A stretch of 63,803 nt of DNA, filler included, from Octopus bimaculoides (lineage: Eukaryota): assembly GCF_001194135.2 (NCBI RefSeq). It is 3 parts of 3 records of this genome, joined end to end, with 100 filler letters (N's around TTAATTAATTAA, not from the genome) between each part and the next. Parts side by side here need not be neighbours in the genome. Positions count along the whole stretch, not along the records: positions 1 to 25,365 come from NC_069005.1; 2 more parts are not named here. One strand, given 5' to 3'. Within the stretch, counting starts at the first letter, position 1; every line of letters starts with the position of its first letter. The notes beneath the pieces were generated by a model. That model saw only the letters and a program-made list of their open reading frames with translations. It did not search any database and was not told where the DNA came from. Both the position numbers and the translations under genes were made by a program. This document shows positions 1 to 10,879 of the stretch, piece by piece.

Positions 1-20
1 TATATATATATATATATATA

Positions 21-215
21 TTCGCCATGATAGATCGCTAGCCACTACACATTCTTTTTTTCTCTCCTAGTTTCTTTCTGTGTTCCTTTCTGTGGATGAT
101 CGTAGGCTCGAAACGTTAAAGACTTTCTCAATTCCCGAGTGTTATACTAATATATCTGTTTGTTGTCTACACCACCTGTCTTTGTCTTTTGTTTTCTTTT
201 TTTGTGAATTCTCCC
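21..215 (+). mobile_element. Penelope-like pseudo-LTR relic with decayed minimal hammerhead-like motif
   Basis: CCTTT-CTGTGGA-T-GATC-GTAG-GCTC-GAAACGTT-AAAG at 85-121. Homologous copies at 38965-39145 (-) and 60560-60747 (+). Confidence 0.55.
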
Positions 216-231
216 TATATATATATATATT

Positions 232-523
232 TATATAAAACAAGTTTAAAATGATGGTCATTCCTTTCTTGGAGCAAATTTGGCTTACAGCTGTTTCCAG
301 TAGTCATTATAGGTACATTACTGATAGGTTTACTCAATTGGTCTATTGATCAATTGAGGTAAATTGAACGACCTAAGAAAATTAATTTTACTTTCGTCAC
401 AGCCATTTCGAAGAACCTATCAGTAATGTACCTATCATGACTACTGGAAACAACTGTAAGCCTAATCTGCTCCATTAAATGAAAAATATGTAAAGACCAT
501 TGTTTTAAACTTGTTTCTTATAT
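232..523. mobile_element. MITE with ~95-110 bp terminal inverted repeats
   Basis: 232-330 is the reverse complement of 414-523 (shared AAACAAGTTTAAAA...TTTCCAGTAGTCAT(T/G)ATAGGTACATTACTGATAGGTT). TA-rich flanks; internal hairpin at 329-363. Confidence 0.75.
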
Positions 524-722
524 ATCACGCTGTGTAAAAACCAATTTGTCTGAGCCCATCCACGGATTTACAATATAGAATTGTGATGAACCATAATTTG
601 GGATCCTACCAAAAGATTACGAGGAGTTCTTCAGTAACTTAAGTAATATTGTTAGCCTGGTGTGCTGACAGAGTGCTTATGAAGTATTTTGCCCGGACAG
701 ATAATCCCTCATTATTTGTTCC

Positions 723-796
<74 letters not shown>
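723..796. repeat. (TCTA)n microsatellite
   Basis: Direct tetranucleotide array. Confidence 0.95.
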
Positions 797-799
797 ACA

Positions 800-1720
800 C
801 ACACACATACGAATGTATTCAATGATATAAGAGATAGAACCCTACTGCGCAACATCCACACACTCCAACTTAAGGACCATAAGAAGGACTTCATAACAAA
901 ACGCCTCATATGCCCTACCAAATCTGACATGGGGAGAATAAGCAAGAACATTCTGGATAAAATAATACCAATCGTCAAAGAGAAACTGAACGTCAACTTA
1001 TGGTCCTGTACAAGGTGAAGTCATAACATACTTCCATTTCTTGAATAACTAAAATTCTTCATTTCTACAATTCGATATAAATAATTACTATTCATCTATT
1101 TCACCCAAACTTCTAAATCAAGCCCTCTTTCTAGCTAGGAATCTAACTGACCTAACCCCACCAGAAATTAACATAATTCTTAATGCCCAAAAAACTCTGA
1201 TTTCATTCGAGGGAAAACTCTGGTGCCAGGTCAACCTCTATAAATAACACTAGCAATAACTTTAGCAAATTCTTTGACATTACTATGGGATCATCCGACT
1301 CCACTCAAGTCACGAACCTGGTTGCATTATACCTACTCCATCAGCTCCGAATACACTTCCCTAACATCAAGGGGGGTTTATAGAGAGACGACGCTTTACT
1401 AGCCACCAAGAGCATTAATAAATCCTCTTTAGAACGAATTAGGAAAGATCTACACAACTTAGAAACCTCCCAATACTCACCATATCACAAATCCAACCAG
1501 TACCTTAAGTACTTAAACATTAACTCCAATCACCACAAATCCACCTGTGATAATATAGTTAAGGTTATCTCGATTCGTATATCTGACCTCTCATCCACTG
1601 AAGAAATATTCAATAACCACGCCCCATATTACAACCAAACACTAGCTGCAAGCGGCTTCTCCCAACAGATTAAATACATCTCTAATACTAGCCTCAAGCA
1701 ACATATATCTCAAGTCATAT
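800..1720 (+). mobile_element. Penelope-like retroelement reverse transcriptase remnant (stops and frameshifts)
   Basis: Translated pieces: RLICPTKSDMGRISKNILDKI, FLQFDINNYYSSIS, FFDITMGSSDSTQVTNLVALYLL, GGL*RDDAL. These match the Penelope RT motifs NPxKSxxGxISK, FDIxxFYPSI, MGSxDGAEVCELVGLYxL and GLYRDD. Confidence 0.85.
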
Positions 1721-2343
1721 CACAACGACATGCTAACCATCATAATCATAACTGACCATACACACACTATACTAGAACCCCGGGAGAACCCAGATTAAGA
1801 CAGCTTAGACTCCACACGCACACTTATAACACATGTATGTATGTATGTATATATGAATTCCTTTTTTACTAGCTGTAAAATATTATGGAGTCTACGAAAC
1901 TAGAAGATTCCGACCATGATAGTTATTGCACTGAAAACTCGAAAAGGCTTGGTATTCTTACGTAGCTTATAAACAGAGTTTTCTAAGTACTGATTACAAT
2001 ACATAATTAAAAATATGAAAATGCTATGGATCGTATTTATGTGAGAGTACGCTGAAAGTTTACTTACAGAGACACGCGCTCACAAACATTAAATCCCCTG
2101 CACACACACACAAAAATGTGTATGTGTGTATCTTTTTCCTTCCCTTTCTCTCACACTCTCCTCTCTCTCATTCTCTCTCTCTCTCTGTGTCTATCTATCA
2201 ATGTCTTTTTATATATGTATGTGTGTGTGTGTATGTGCGTGCGTGCGTGCGTGCGTGTATGTATTTATGTATATATGTGCTTCGCTATCACATATGTTTA
2301 GTATAGATTGCGTGAAAGAAAAGCTCTAGCATTTCGAGACATT

Positions 2344-2388
<45 letters not shown>

Positions 2389-2799
2389 TGTGTGTGTGTG
2401 TGTGCGTGTATTTCTATATGTATGTATTACATACATACAAACGCAGATTAAGTGGATAGATTTCCTTTGAAATATGTTATATTAAAATAGTCACTGATAA
2501 TCATTATGATAAAGATACACGTTACATACATGCACTCAGGCGCATGTACACGCACACGCACACGCGCACGCACGCGGACACAGAGTAAGTGGTTGACTTT
2601 GCTCTACATTACTTAAGATTTCGTAGGCGCAGAAGAATTCGTTCTCATCGCCAGACGCTGGAAACTTCGATCATCCGTTGATGTGAACGTGCTCTACGCT
2701 TCCGCCATTGCTTAATTTTGGAATCTGCGGGCGGTTTCGCTGCTATTATCAGCAAGCTGAGAAACAACTGAACTGTGTGTGTTTACCAAAACCCTGACA

Positions 2800-3155
2800 T
2801 GTCTCATAGTAAAAGTGTTTCACTTCTATCTACTTCAGCCATGCAAGGGCACCGCTTTGATGTTGACCCCAGTACTGGTATTTATTCTATCGATCTCTTT
2901 TACCGAATCTTTCAGTTACAGAGACGTAAACAAAACAACACCGGTTGTCAAGCGATGGGCTTGGAGATAAACACACACTCGCACACATACATATAATATA
3001 TGGCGTGGCTGTATGGTAAGAAGCTTGGTTCCCAACCACATGTTTCCGGGCTCAGCCGACAGCGTGGCACCTTGGGCAAGTGTCTTCTACTATATCCTCG
3101 GGCCGACAAAAGCCTTGTGAGTGGATTTAGTAGACGGAAACTGAAAGAATCCCGT
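2800..3155. mobile_element. Two halves of SINE family A: 3' half on minus (2800-2990), tRNA-like 5' half on plus (3001-3155)
   Basis: Both match the full-length copy at 47680-48092. CORE-like motif GGCACCTTGGGCAAGTGTCTT present. Confidence 0.8.
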
Positions 3156-3636
3156 AATGTGTATGTATGTACATATATATATGTGTATGTGTGTGTGTAT
3201 ATATATGTATATATATANNNNNNNNNNNNNNNNNNNNNNNNNNNNNNNNNNNNNNNNNNNNNNNNNNNNNNNNNNNNNNNNNNNNNNNNNNNNNNNNNNN
3301 NNNNNNNNNNNNNNNNNNNNNNNNNNNNNNNNNNNNNNNNNNNNNNNNNNNNNNNNNNNNNNNNNNNNNNNNNNNNNNNNNNNNNNNNNNNNNNNNNNNN
3401 NNNNNNNNNNNNNNNNNNNNNNNNNNNNNNNNNNNNNNNNNNNNNNNNNNNNNNNNNNNNNNNNNNNNNNNNNNNNNNNNNNNNNNNNNNNNNNNNNNNN
3501 NNNNNNNNNNNNNNNNNNNNNNNNNNNNNNNNNNNNNNNNNNNNNNNNNNNNNNNNNNNNNNNNNNNNNNNNNNNNNNNNNNNNNNNNNNNNNNNNNNNN
3601 NNNNNNNNNNNNNNNNNNNNNNNNNNNNNNNNNNNN

Positions 3637-3671
<35 letters not shown>

Positions 3672-3672
3672 G

Positions 3673-3778
3673 TACATGGCACTCCATCGGTTACGACGAC
3701 GAAGGTTCCAGTTGATCCGATCAACGGAACAGCCTGCTCGTGAAATTAACGTGCAAGTGGCTGAGCACTCCACGGACC
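3673..3778 (-). mobile_element. SINE family C 3' end
   Basis: Reverse complement of the tail of 19931-20324 and 22096-22420 (GCACGTTAATTTCACGAGCAGGCTGTTCCGTTGATCGGATCAAC...GGAGTGCCA). Confidence 0.85.
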
Positions 3779-3784
3779 CTTAAC

Positions 3785-4510
3785 ACAAAAGATCTTCCTT
3801 TCACCCCTTCACATCAAACTCAGCCATGTGAAAAACTTCGTCAAAGCAATGACACACGATGGTTGTGGCTTCCAGTACCTAAAAGTAAAACTTGGTGCTG
3901 AGAAAAGTGAGTGCAGAGAAAAGTGAGTGCGGAGAAAATAGAGCTGAAAACTGTATTGATTTTTAACAAACAACTTGCTAACAGCGTATGAAAGCATGGT
4001 ATGTCGAATGTCCCTTAAAATGCACTTCTTGCATTCGCATCTCGATTCTTTTCCAACGAACCTTGGTGCTGTTAGTGATGAACATGGTGAGAGGTTCCAC
4101 CAGGACATATCTGAGATGGAAACTAAGTATCAAGACCGGTTCAATCCACACATGATGGGTGACTACTGCTGGTTCCTACAACGAGGTAACATCACGATGC
4201 ATAACCGCAAGAGCAAATGTCTCAAAGATTTCTAAGCTGAGCATAATAAAAATAAAGTGAGCATTCCCTTAACATAAATATACTATGTACCATTACATTA
4301 TAATACTATTTGCCTTGAACATAAATATGCTATATACAATACTAATATACTTTTATAATAATTATTTACCTTGAACTTAACTATTCCTGATACTAATGCA
4401 GTATTAATATATAATTATGCACATGACTCAAAATCCTAACGTGCAACAGCAATTCTGAGTTCAGACTCGGAATCAGTGTTCTCGATTTAGTTCAGTACAG
4501 CACCATCTGT
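3785..4510 (+). mobile_element. DNA transposon transposase C-terminal remnant, Chapaev (CMC)-like
   Basis: LHIKLSHVKNFVKAM, then MSLKMHFLHSHLDSFPTNLGAVSDEHGERFHQDISEMETKYQDRFNPHMMGDYCWFL (ORF 3975-4235). Superfamily label is from recalled motif similarity. Confidence 0.75.
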
Positions 4511-4628
4511 CTTAGTTACAGACAATAATTTCTTTTTTTTTTTTGTTATGGCGATAATTATCGATATATATATAATAAATGAGTATATGCATATATACAT
4601 ACATGTATGTACATACCTACACACACAC

Positions 4629-4663
<35 letters not shown>

Positions 4664-5896
4664 TATNNNNNNNNNNNNNNNNNNNNNNNNNNNNNNNNNN
4701 NNNNNNNNNNNNNNNNNNNNNNNNNNNNNNNNNNNNNNNNNNNNNNNNNNNNNNNNNNNNNNNNNNNNNNNNNNNNNNNNNNNNNNNNNNNNNNNNNNNN
4801 NNNNNNNNNNNNNNNNNNNNNNNNNNNNNNNNNNNNNNNNNNNNNNNNNNNNNNNNNNNNNNNNNNNNNNNNNNNNNNNNNNNNNNNNNNNNNNNNNNNN
4901 NNNNNNNNNNNNNNNNNNNNNNNNNNNNNNNNNNNNNNNNNNNNNNNNNNNNNNNNNNNNNNNNNNNNNNNNNNNNNNNNNNNNNNNNNNNNNNNNNNNN
5001 NNNNNNNNNNNNNNNNNNNNNNNNNNNNNNNNNNNNNNNNNNNNNNNNNNNNNNNNNNNNNNNNNNNNNNNNNNNNNNNNNNNNNNNNNNNNNNNNNNNN
5101 NNNNNNNNNNNNNNNNNNNNNNNNNNNNNNNNNNNNNNNNNNNNNNNNNNNNNNNNNNNNNNNNNNNNNNNNNNNNNNNNNNNNNNNNNNNNNNNNNNNN
5201 NNNNNNNNNNNNNNNNNNNNNNNNNNNNNNNNNNNNNNNNNNNNNNNNNNNNNNNNNNNNNNNNNNNNNNNNNNNNNNNNNNNNNNNNNNNNNNNNNNNN
5301 NNNNNNNNNNNNNNNNNNNNNNNNNNNNNNNNNNNNNNNNNNNNNNNNNNNNNNNNNNNNNNNNNNNNNNNNNNNNNNNNNNNNNNNNNNNNNNNNNNNN
5401 NNNNNNNNNNNNNNNNNNNNNNNNNNNNNNNNNNNNNNNNNNNNNNNNNNNNNNNNNNNNNNNNNNNNNNNNNNNNNNNNNNNNNNNNNNNNNNNNNNNN
5501 NNNNNNNNNNNNNNNNNNNNNNNNNNNTTCACTAAATTATTACCAACATCATCGAAAATTCTAACCATTCAAAACTTTGTGTGGAACCGGATCTACTTAT
5601 AATTCGTCTTTGGCGTGCTTCTTCTGACCGAGACCACCACCATATATATATTCAGCGCGTTTTAGCCATTAGGGGCAAACAACAGACCGGACACATCAAA
5701 CGGCAATCAGCAGACAGTAGCAGAACCAGCAGCAGGCCAGACCGCAGTTACAGCACAAAAACAATGGACGGTGTCGGCTGCAGTACACATTGACTAACTA
5801 ACACAAAGAAACTCACAACAGCCACTACTATCATACCTAGACCGAGAACAACCTCGAAATATGTCGGTCGTTATCATATCGTAGTATATTTATATA

Positions 5897-6810
5897 TACA
5901 TAGTGATTTGATCAATAAGTATCCGGACTATTGCTATAGTAACGAAGCTAAAGCATGTAGAATGAAGCCACTTGGCACAGATTGACCGATATCTCTACTG
6001 AGCACGTGCACTAAGATTTAATGCTATAGATCACTTCCGCTGTTTACAGCAGTGCTTGGAAGGAAGGCGCGCAGCGTGTGATTGTCGCGTTGACCATGAC
6101 AGAAAGTTGAGCAGAGAATCTGCATCAAAGTTTGCCAAAAGTTTTTGCAGTACTTGCTAAGAGGCCTACGCCGAATTTTCAAAAAGTTTTCATCGTTCTC
6201 GACAGAATCAAGGAGACTCTTTTTAATCAGCTGAATGTCTGAGTATCTTTTTAGTCTTTTTGGTCAGCTGAAAGCAGTTTTAGCATAAACTTGACAGACA
6301 CGCATCTCATAGCCAAAGTTTCAGAGATAATGGACTGAACTGAACCGTAACTAATCTGCACATCTTCTGATAACTCACGGATGGTGATTCGACGATTTTC
6401 CCTCACAGCTGCGCGCACATCTGCGATATTTCCCTCAGTTCTGCTGGTTGCGGCTCTTCAGAACGTTCGTGAATATCGACATTTTTTTCGGCCATCTTCG
6501 AAACGTCTGAACCACTCGTACACTTGTGTGCGGCTCATACACTCCTCTCCATACACTTTCTGCAGCTTTGCTTAGGTCTCTGAGAAGGTATCGCCATGAT
6601 AACTTTGTCATGGTTAATACGACGATCACACGCTACACACCTTCCTTCCACGCACTGCTGTAAACAGCGGAAGTGAGATAGAACGTTATAACTTAGTGTG
6701 CAGGCACATCAGAGCTTAAGGTCACTCTTTGCTAAGCAACTTTACTCGGCGTGCTTTAGCTTCGTTACTATGGCAACAATCCAGATACTTATCGATCAGA
6801 CCTCGGATAT
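5897..6810. mobile_element. mariner-derived non-autonomous element with ~250 bp inverted repeats (two 5' ends)
   Basis: Left end TGATCAATAAGTATCCGGACTATTGCTATAGTAACGAAGCTAAAGCA matches the reverse complement of the right end. Minus strand encodes a mariner N-terminus (KLQKVYGEECMSRTQVYEWFRRFEDG...RRITIRELSEDVQISYGSVQSII). The left arm repeats the start (EQRICIK). Confidence 0.85.
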
Positions 6811-6819
6811 ATATTCTTT

Positions 6820-7505
6820 TATTCTGTTACTTGTTTCAGTCATTTGACTGCGGCCATGCTGGAGCACAACCTTGAGGGATTTTAGTTGAGCACATAGACC
6901 CCCAGGACTTATCATTTTAGGTGTAGTACTTTTTTATCGCTCTTTTTGCTGAACCGTTAAGTTACGGGGACATAAACACACCAATACCAGTTAGCAAGTC
7001 GTGATGAGGGGACAAATACAGACACAACGACACACACACATAGATATAATATATACATACATGCATATATATATACACGACAAGCTTCTTTCAGTTTCCG
7101 TCTACCAAATCCACTCACATGGCTTTGGTCGGTCTGAGGTGTCATGCATTGGGACTGAACCCACTGGAGCACCATCTTGAAGGGTTTTAGTCGAACGAAT
7201 CGACATCAGTACTCGTTTTATTTAGCCTGGTACTTATTGTATCGATCTCTTTTGCCTATCCGCTAAGTTACGTGGACGTAAACAAGCCAAGATCGGTTGT
7301 CAAGCGGTGGGGTGGGAAGAAACACAAATATATAAACACACACACATATACATATATGCAGAACGGGCTTCTTTCAGTTTTCGTGTACCATATTGACTCA
7401 CAAATCTTTATTCGGCCCGAGGTTATAGCAGAAGGCACTTGCCCAATGCGCTACGTGGTGGGACTGAACCCGGAACCATGTTGTTAGGAGGCAAACTTCT
7501 AACTA
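6820..7505 (-). mobile_element. Two tandem SINE family A copies
   Basis: Tail TTACTTGTTTCAGTCATTTGACTGCGGCCATGCTGGAGCAC at 6826. Second copy about 7165-7505. Confidence 0.85.
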
Positions 7506-8469
7506 CATGGTCACGTGAGTGAGTGTATGTTTATGGGTGTGTGAACGTATGCATATACATATATGAGTGAACGTAAACATATATAAATATGTTTACGTTC
7601 ACTCATATATGTATATCCATAAGCAAACGTGTGTACACACATGCACACACACACGCGCACACACACACATACACGCACACATCCACGCTCACACACTTAC
7701 ACTCACACACATACACACACACGCACACACACACATACATATATTTGGGTATTTATATATACGAATACGTGTGTTTCTGAATGTCAATCCCAATTCAAAT
7801 ATACACAAGAACATCATATTTCACCAGCCGCATAAACAATCAACACCCACCCACACACACACACACCTTTACATCCCCACCCTAATATCACTACACCAAC
7901 ACCCCAGCAACTGTCCTTATTTGCTAATTAACAACTAGATAATAGCATCAAAAATATACCCCGTCCCACAGTTATTTTCAGTTATTCTTAATTATTTACA
8001 GTCATCCATATTTATTTTTAACACGCTTCTTATTCATATGTCCATTCATATTCTCAATCATATGTCTACACATAAATTAAATCAATTAGAACCAGCTGCT
8101 CCACGTGGCTCCCCTTACCACCATCCAGATCTTAATTACAGTTCAGCGCCCGGCATGCTGTCTCTTCACTTGACCACCCTCTCTTTATCCAAACATCCGT
8201 TTACCAAAATACATTCCAATGCCACCACAGCCCCACCGAACACTCACATAACAAGACTCAGAGAAATTACTCATTCGCCCATTTAACCATACATGCATTC
8301 ACCTCCACCTGCCATCTACCCACCGACCATTATTCCTCAACAACACCTCAACAACATTCAATCCTTCAATACACATTCGATTACTCAATCTCTCAATTCC
8401 AATTTTCGCTTGGTATATTCTTCATAGAAAATCTCAATTCTTATGTTATTGATAACACCTACACGAAGC

Positions 8470-8890
8470 TGCTTCTTTTCCACTCACCAAAATGAGTAGA
8501 GCTCTGGCCAAGAAGAGCTGATGTCATCAGACGATATTCAACGATCATCAGATGTTTCGATCTTCAACCGTAACACCCTCCCGTTGGTGGGTCAGTAGAA
8601 GTGGCCAAATCACAGCTCATCGTCTCCTCCTGGTTTCCAGCTTAGCTCCTCTCTCTTGCTCCATAACCAGCAAGAGGCTCTTTCTGCTGCCCATCCCATC
8701 TTGCGCACAGTCACGCTCCGCTCTTTGTCTCATATTCAAATGGCTCTAAGCATCCTCCATAACCTCGACTTGGAAAGCCGTAACTGCCGTTCCTTCTCCC
8801 TGCATTCCTGCAGAAGGCTCTCGTACTTGACACGCTTCAGTTCGTAGGCCTGATCACAACCTTCTTCCCATGGGGCTGCAAACTTCTACA
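8470..8890 (-). mobile_element. HERO-like RLE non-LTR retrotransposon 3' end (restriction-like endonuclease)
   Basis: Minus-strand pieces PWEEGCDQAYELKRVKYESLLQECREK and RKMGWAAERASCWLWSKREELSWKPGG, typical of R2/HERO C-termini. Confidence 0.8.
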
Positions 8891-9613
8891 ATTGTCTACA
8901 GTATGAATGATTCAGAGATGAAAATGGCTGCCGCTGTGGTGTATTGATCTTTACAATTCTCGAAATGAATATTAATTTGTACACAATAATGAGTTCTCTT
9001 GTTCTTAGCAATATGCATACGTAGTACCCCAACCTTTTCCACACGCACAACCCCGCTCTCACACACATGCATTGCACAAGCACACAAATATTATACATAT
9101 GTGTGTGTTTGTGCGTGCGTGCGTGCGTGCGCGCACACACATACAATTACGCACACAAACATACATATTTAAAATTTTAATTTTGATGCAGAAAGTTCGC
9201 AGTTTGCAACAGCTAATTTCCCACTGAGCTAATGAGAGAGTTTTTACGTCGCCGTCAGTGGCTGCGAGAAATAACAGTCAAATGTTCCCGCAAACTTCCC
9301 GTTATACTCTCAAAAAATGTCGCATTGCACAATCTAGCTCACTGTGTATGTATGTCGGTATTTGTACGGATGCCCATACAGGCTTGCACGTATGTATTGG
9401 ATGTATGAATACAATGGTATGTCATTGCCTGTGTACATTCGTAAGTGTATCTATGTACCTGTAGCGATAAGTTCATATATTTCTGGACACACACACATCC
9501 TGTTTCCTGACTGGGTGGAAATGATCAAACTTTAAACCTCTATATCATTTTAAAAACATTTTTCTGGAAAAAATTAAATAACTCCAGCAGTTCAGTTTGG
9601 ACAAATGTATTAT

Positions 9614-9898
9614 TGTGCCAACGACGGAGTAACCAGTGAACATCGAAGGATCAGAACCAAGACGGAAGAAATATTATTTACATAGATTTATTTGTTTGCC
9701 CGGTAGGTAGTTAGAAGACGGAAAAGTTGCTGTCTGTCAGTAGAGAGGGAAAGAGTAAGGAATGCACGGTGCCGACTATAAAAAGGAAGAAAGGACAAAG
9801 GTGGCTCTGCTCTGATTGGCTGTATACAAAAGAGTTCATTCCTGGGGTCCGGAACTCTCGTGAGGAAAAACATTTGGCGGGCTGGATTAAGACTCACA
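9614..9898 (-). mobile_element. Candidate solo LTR (285 bp)
   Basis: On minus it begins TGTG and ends CACA, with AGCCAATCAG, a TATA-like TTTATA and AATAAA in LTR order. No matching target-site duplication seen. Confidence 0.4.
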
Positions 9899-10451
9899 GA
9901 GGCTCTAAGTACCTAAAAGAGTTTGGTGCCCCTATATATAATTCAAAATATAAACAATAATAAACCATAAAATGAATTTTTATTTTTCAAAATGAAACAA
10001 AACTAACATTAAAATGAAAAATAATATTTATTTTTGTATACTTCCACTTTATTTATATTTGAAAAAGTTTCTCCGTTTTTTTTTCTTTTGGAATTTTTTT
10101 TTTTTTTTGATCAAATCTATACTATGACACCATAAACACTTTGAAATTATATTTCTGATCATATAAACGACTTCGAATATTATTTTAGCAAATTTAAAGG
10201 TGATTTCTTTTGTGCCGTTAACTATTTACCAATTCTCTGTGTACACCCACTCCTTTCCCTTGATGCCTTAAGCACGTGCTTATTTCCCTTAATGGTTAAT
10301 CCAGCTCTGCTGGTACCTGTTTCTCCCGTCATCTATTTTGGAATGAAATAAAAAAAATCATACAAAAAGCACTAATGTATGCATAAAACAGGTTTGGTTT
10401 CAATTTTATTTTACATTTCACACTGTTTCTCCTGCTCGTAACAACTAATGA

Positions 10452-10486
<35 letters not shown>

Positions 10487-10879
10487 TGCGTGTGTGTGTT
10501 TATTTTTAGCCGCGAATGTTTTCCTATGCATATATATATTTCAAAACATGAACCTTATGTATATAAATATATGAAATATTATAATAGACATTCCGTCTAT
10601 TAGAATCCAGATTCTTTTCCTCGTATTTCTCTGGTTGGCATTGAATTATACCTTATCTGTTATCTAACTCCACAGATCTCTTCTAAAACAATATCGTTAT
10701 CATATATATATATATAACTACTTTTTATAACTTCACGTGTTTCTCATAAGGATACCTGACATAATCCTCCTTTTTAAAATACCTATAAGCAATTTCTAGT
10801 ATATCTCTCGTTTTTTCTTCCGTCAATATGAAACAGTTTCCTTTTCGACTCTTGCCTCTTTTCTTTCTTGTTTTCCTTT

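Noticed and set aside
7780-8430. A/C-rich stretch resembling the low-complexity region after the Penelope RT at 1640-1830
   Set aside because: No diagnostic motif recovered, so left unannotated.
8500-8580. GAAAC and two CTGATGA motifs in the HERO 3' UTR (minus strand)
   Set aside because: Stems I and III cannot be closed with a valid NUH site in any hammerhead topology.
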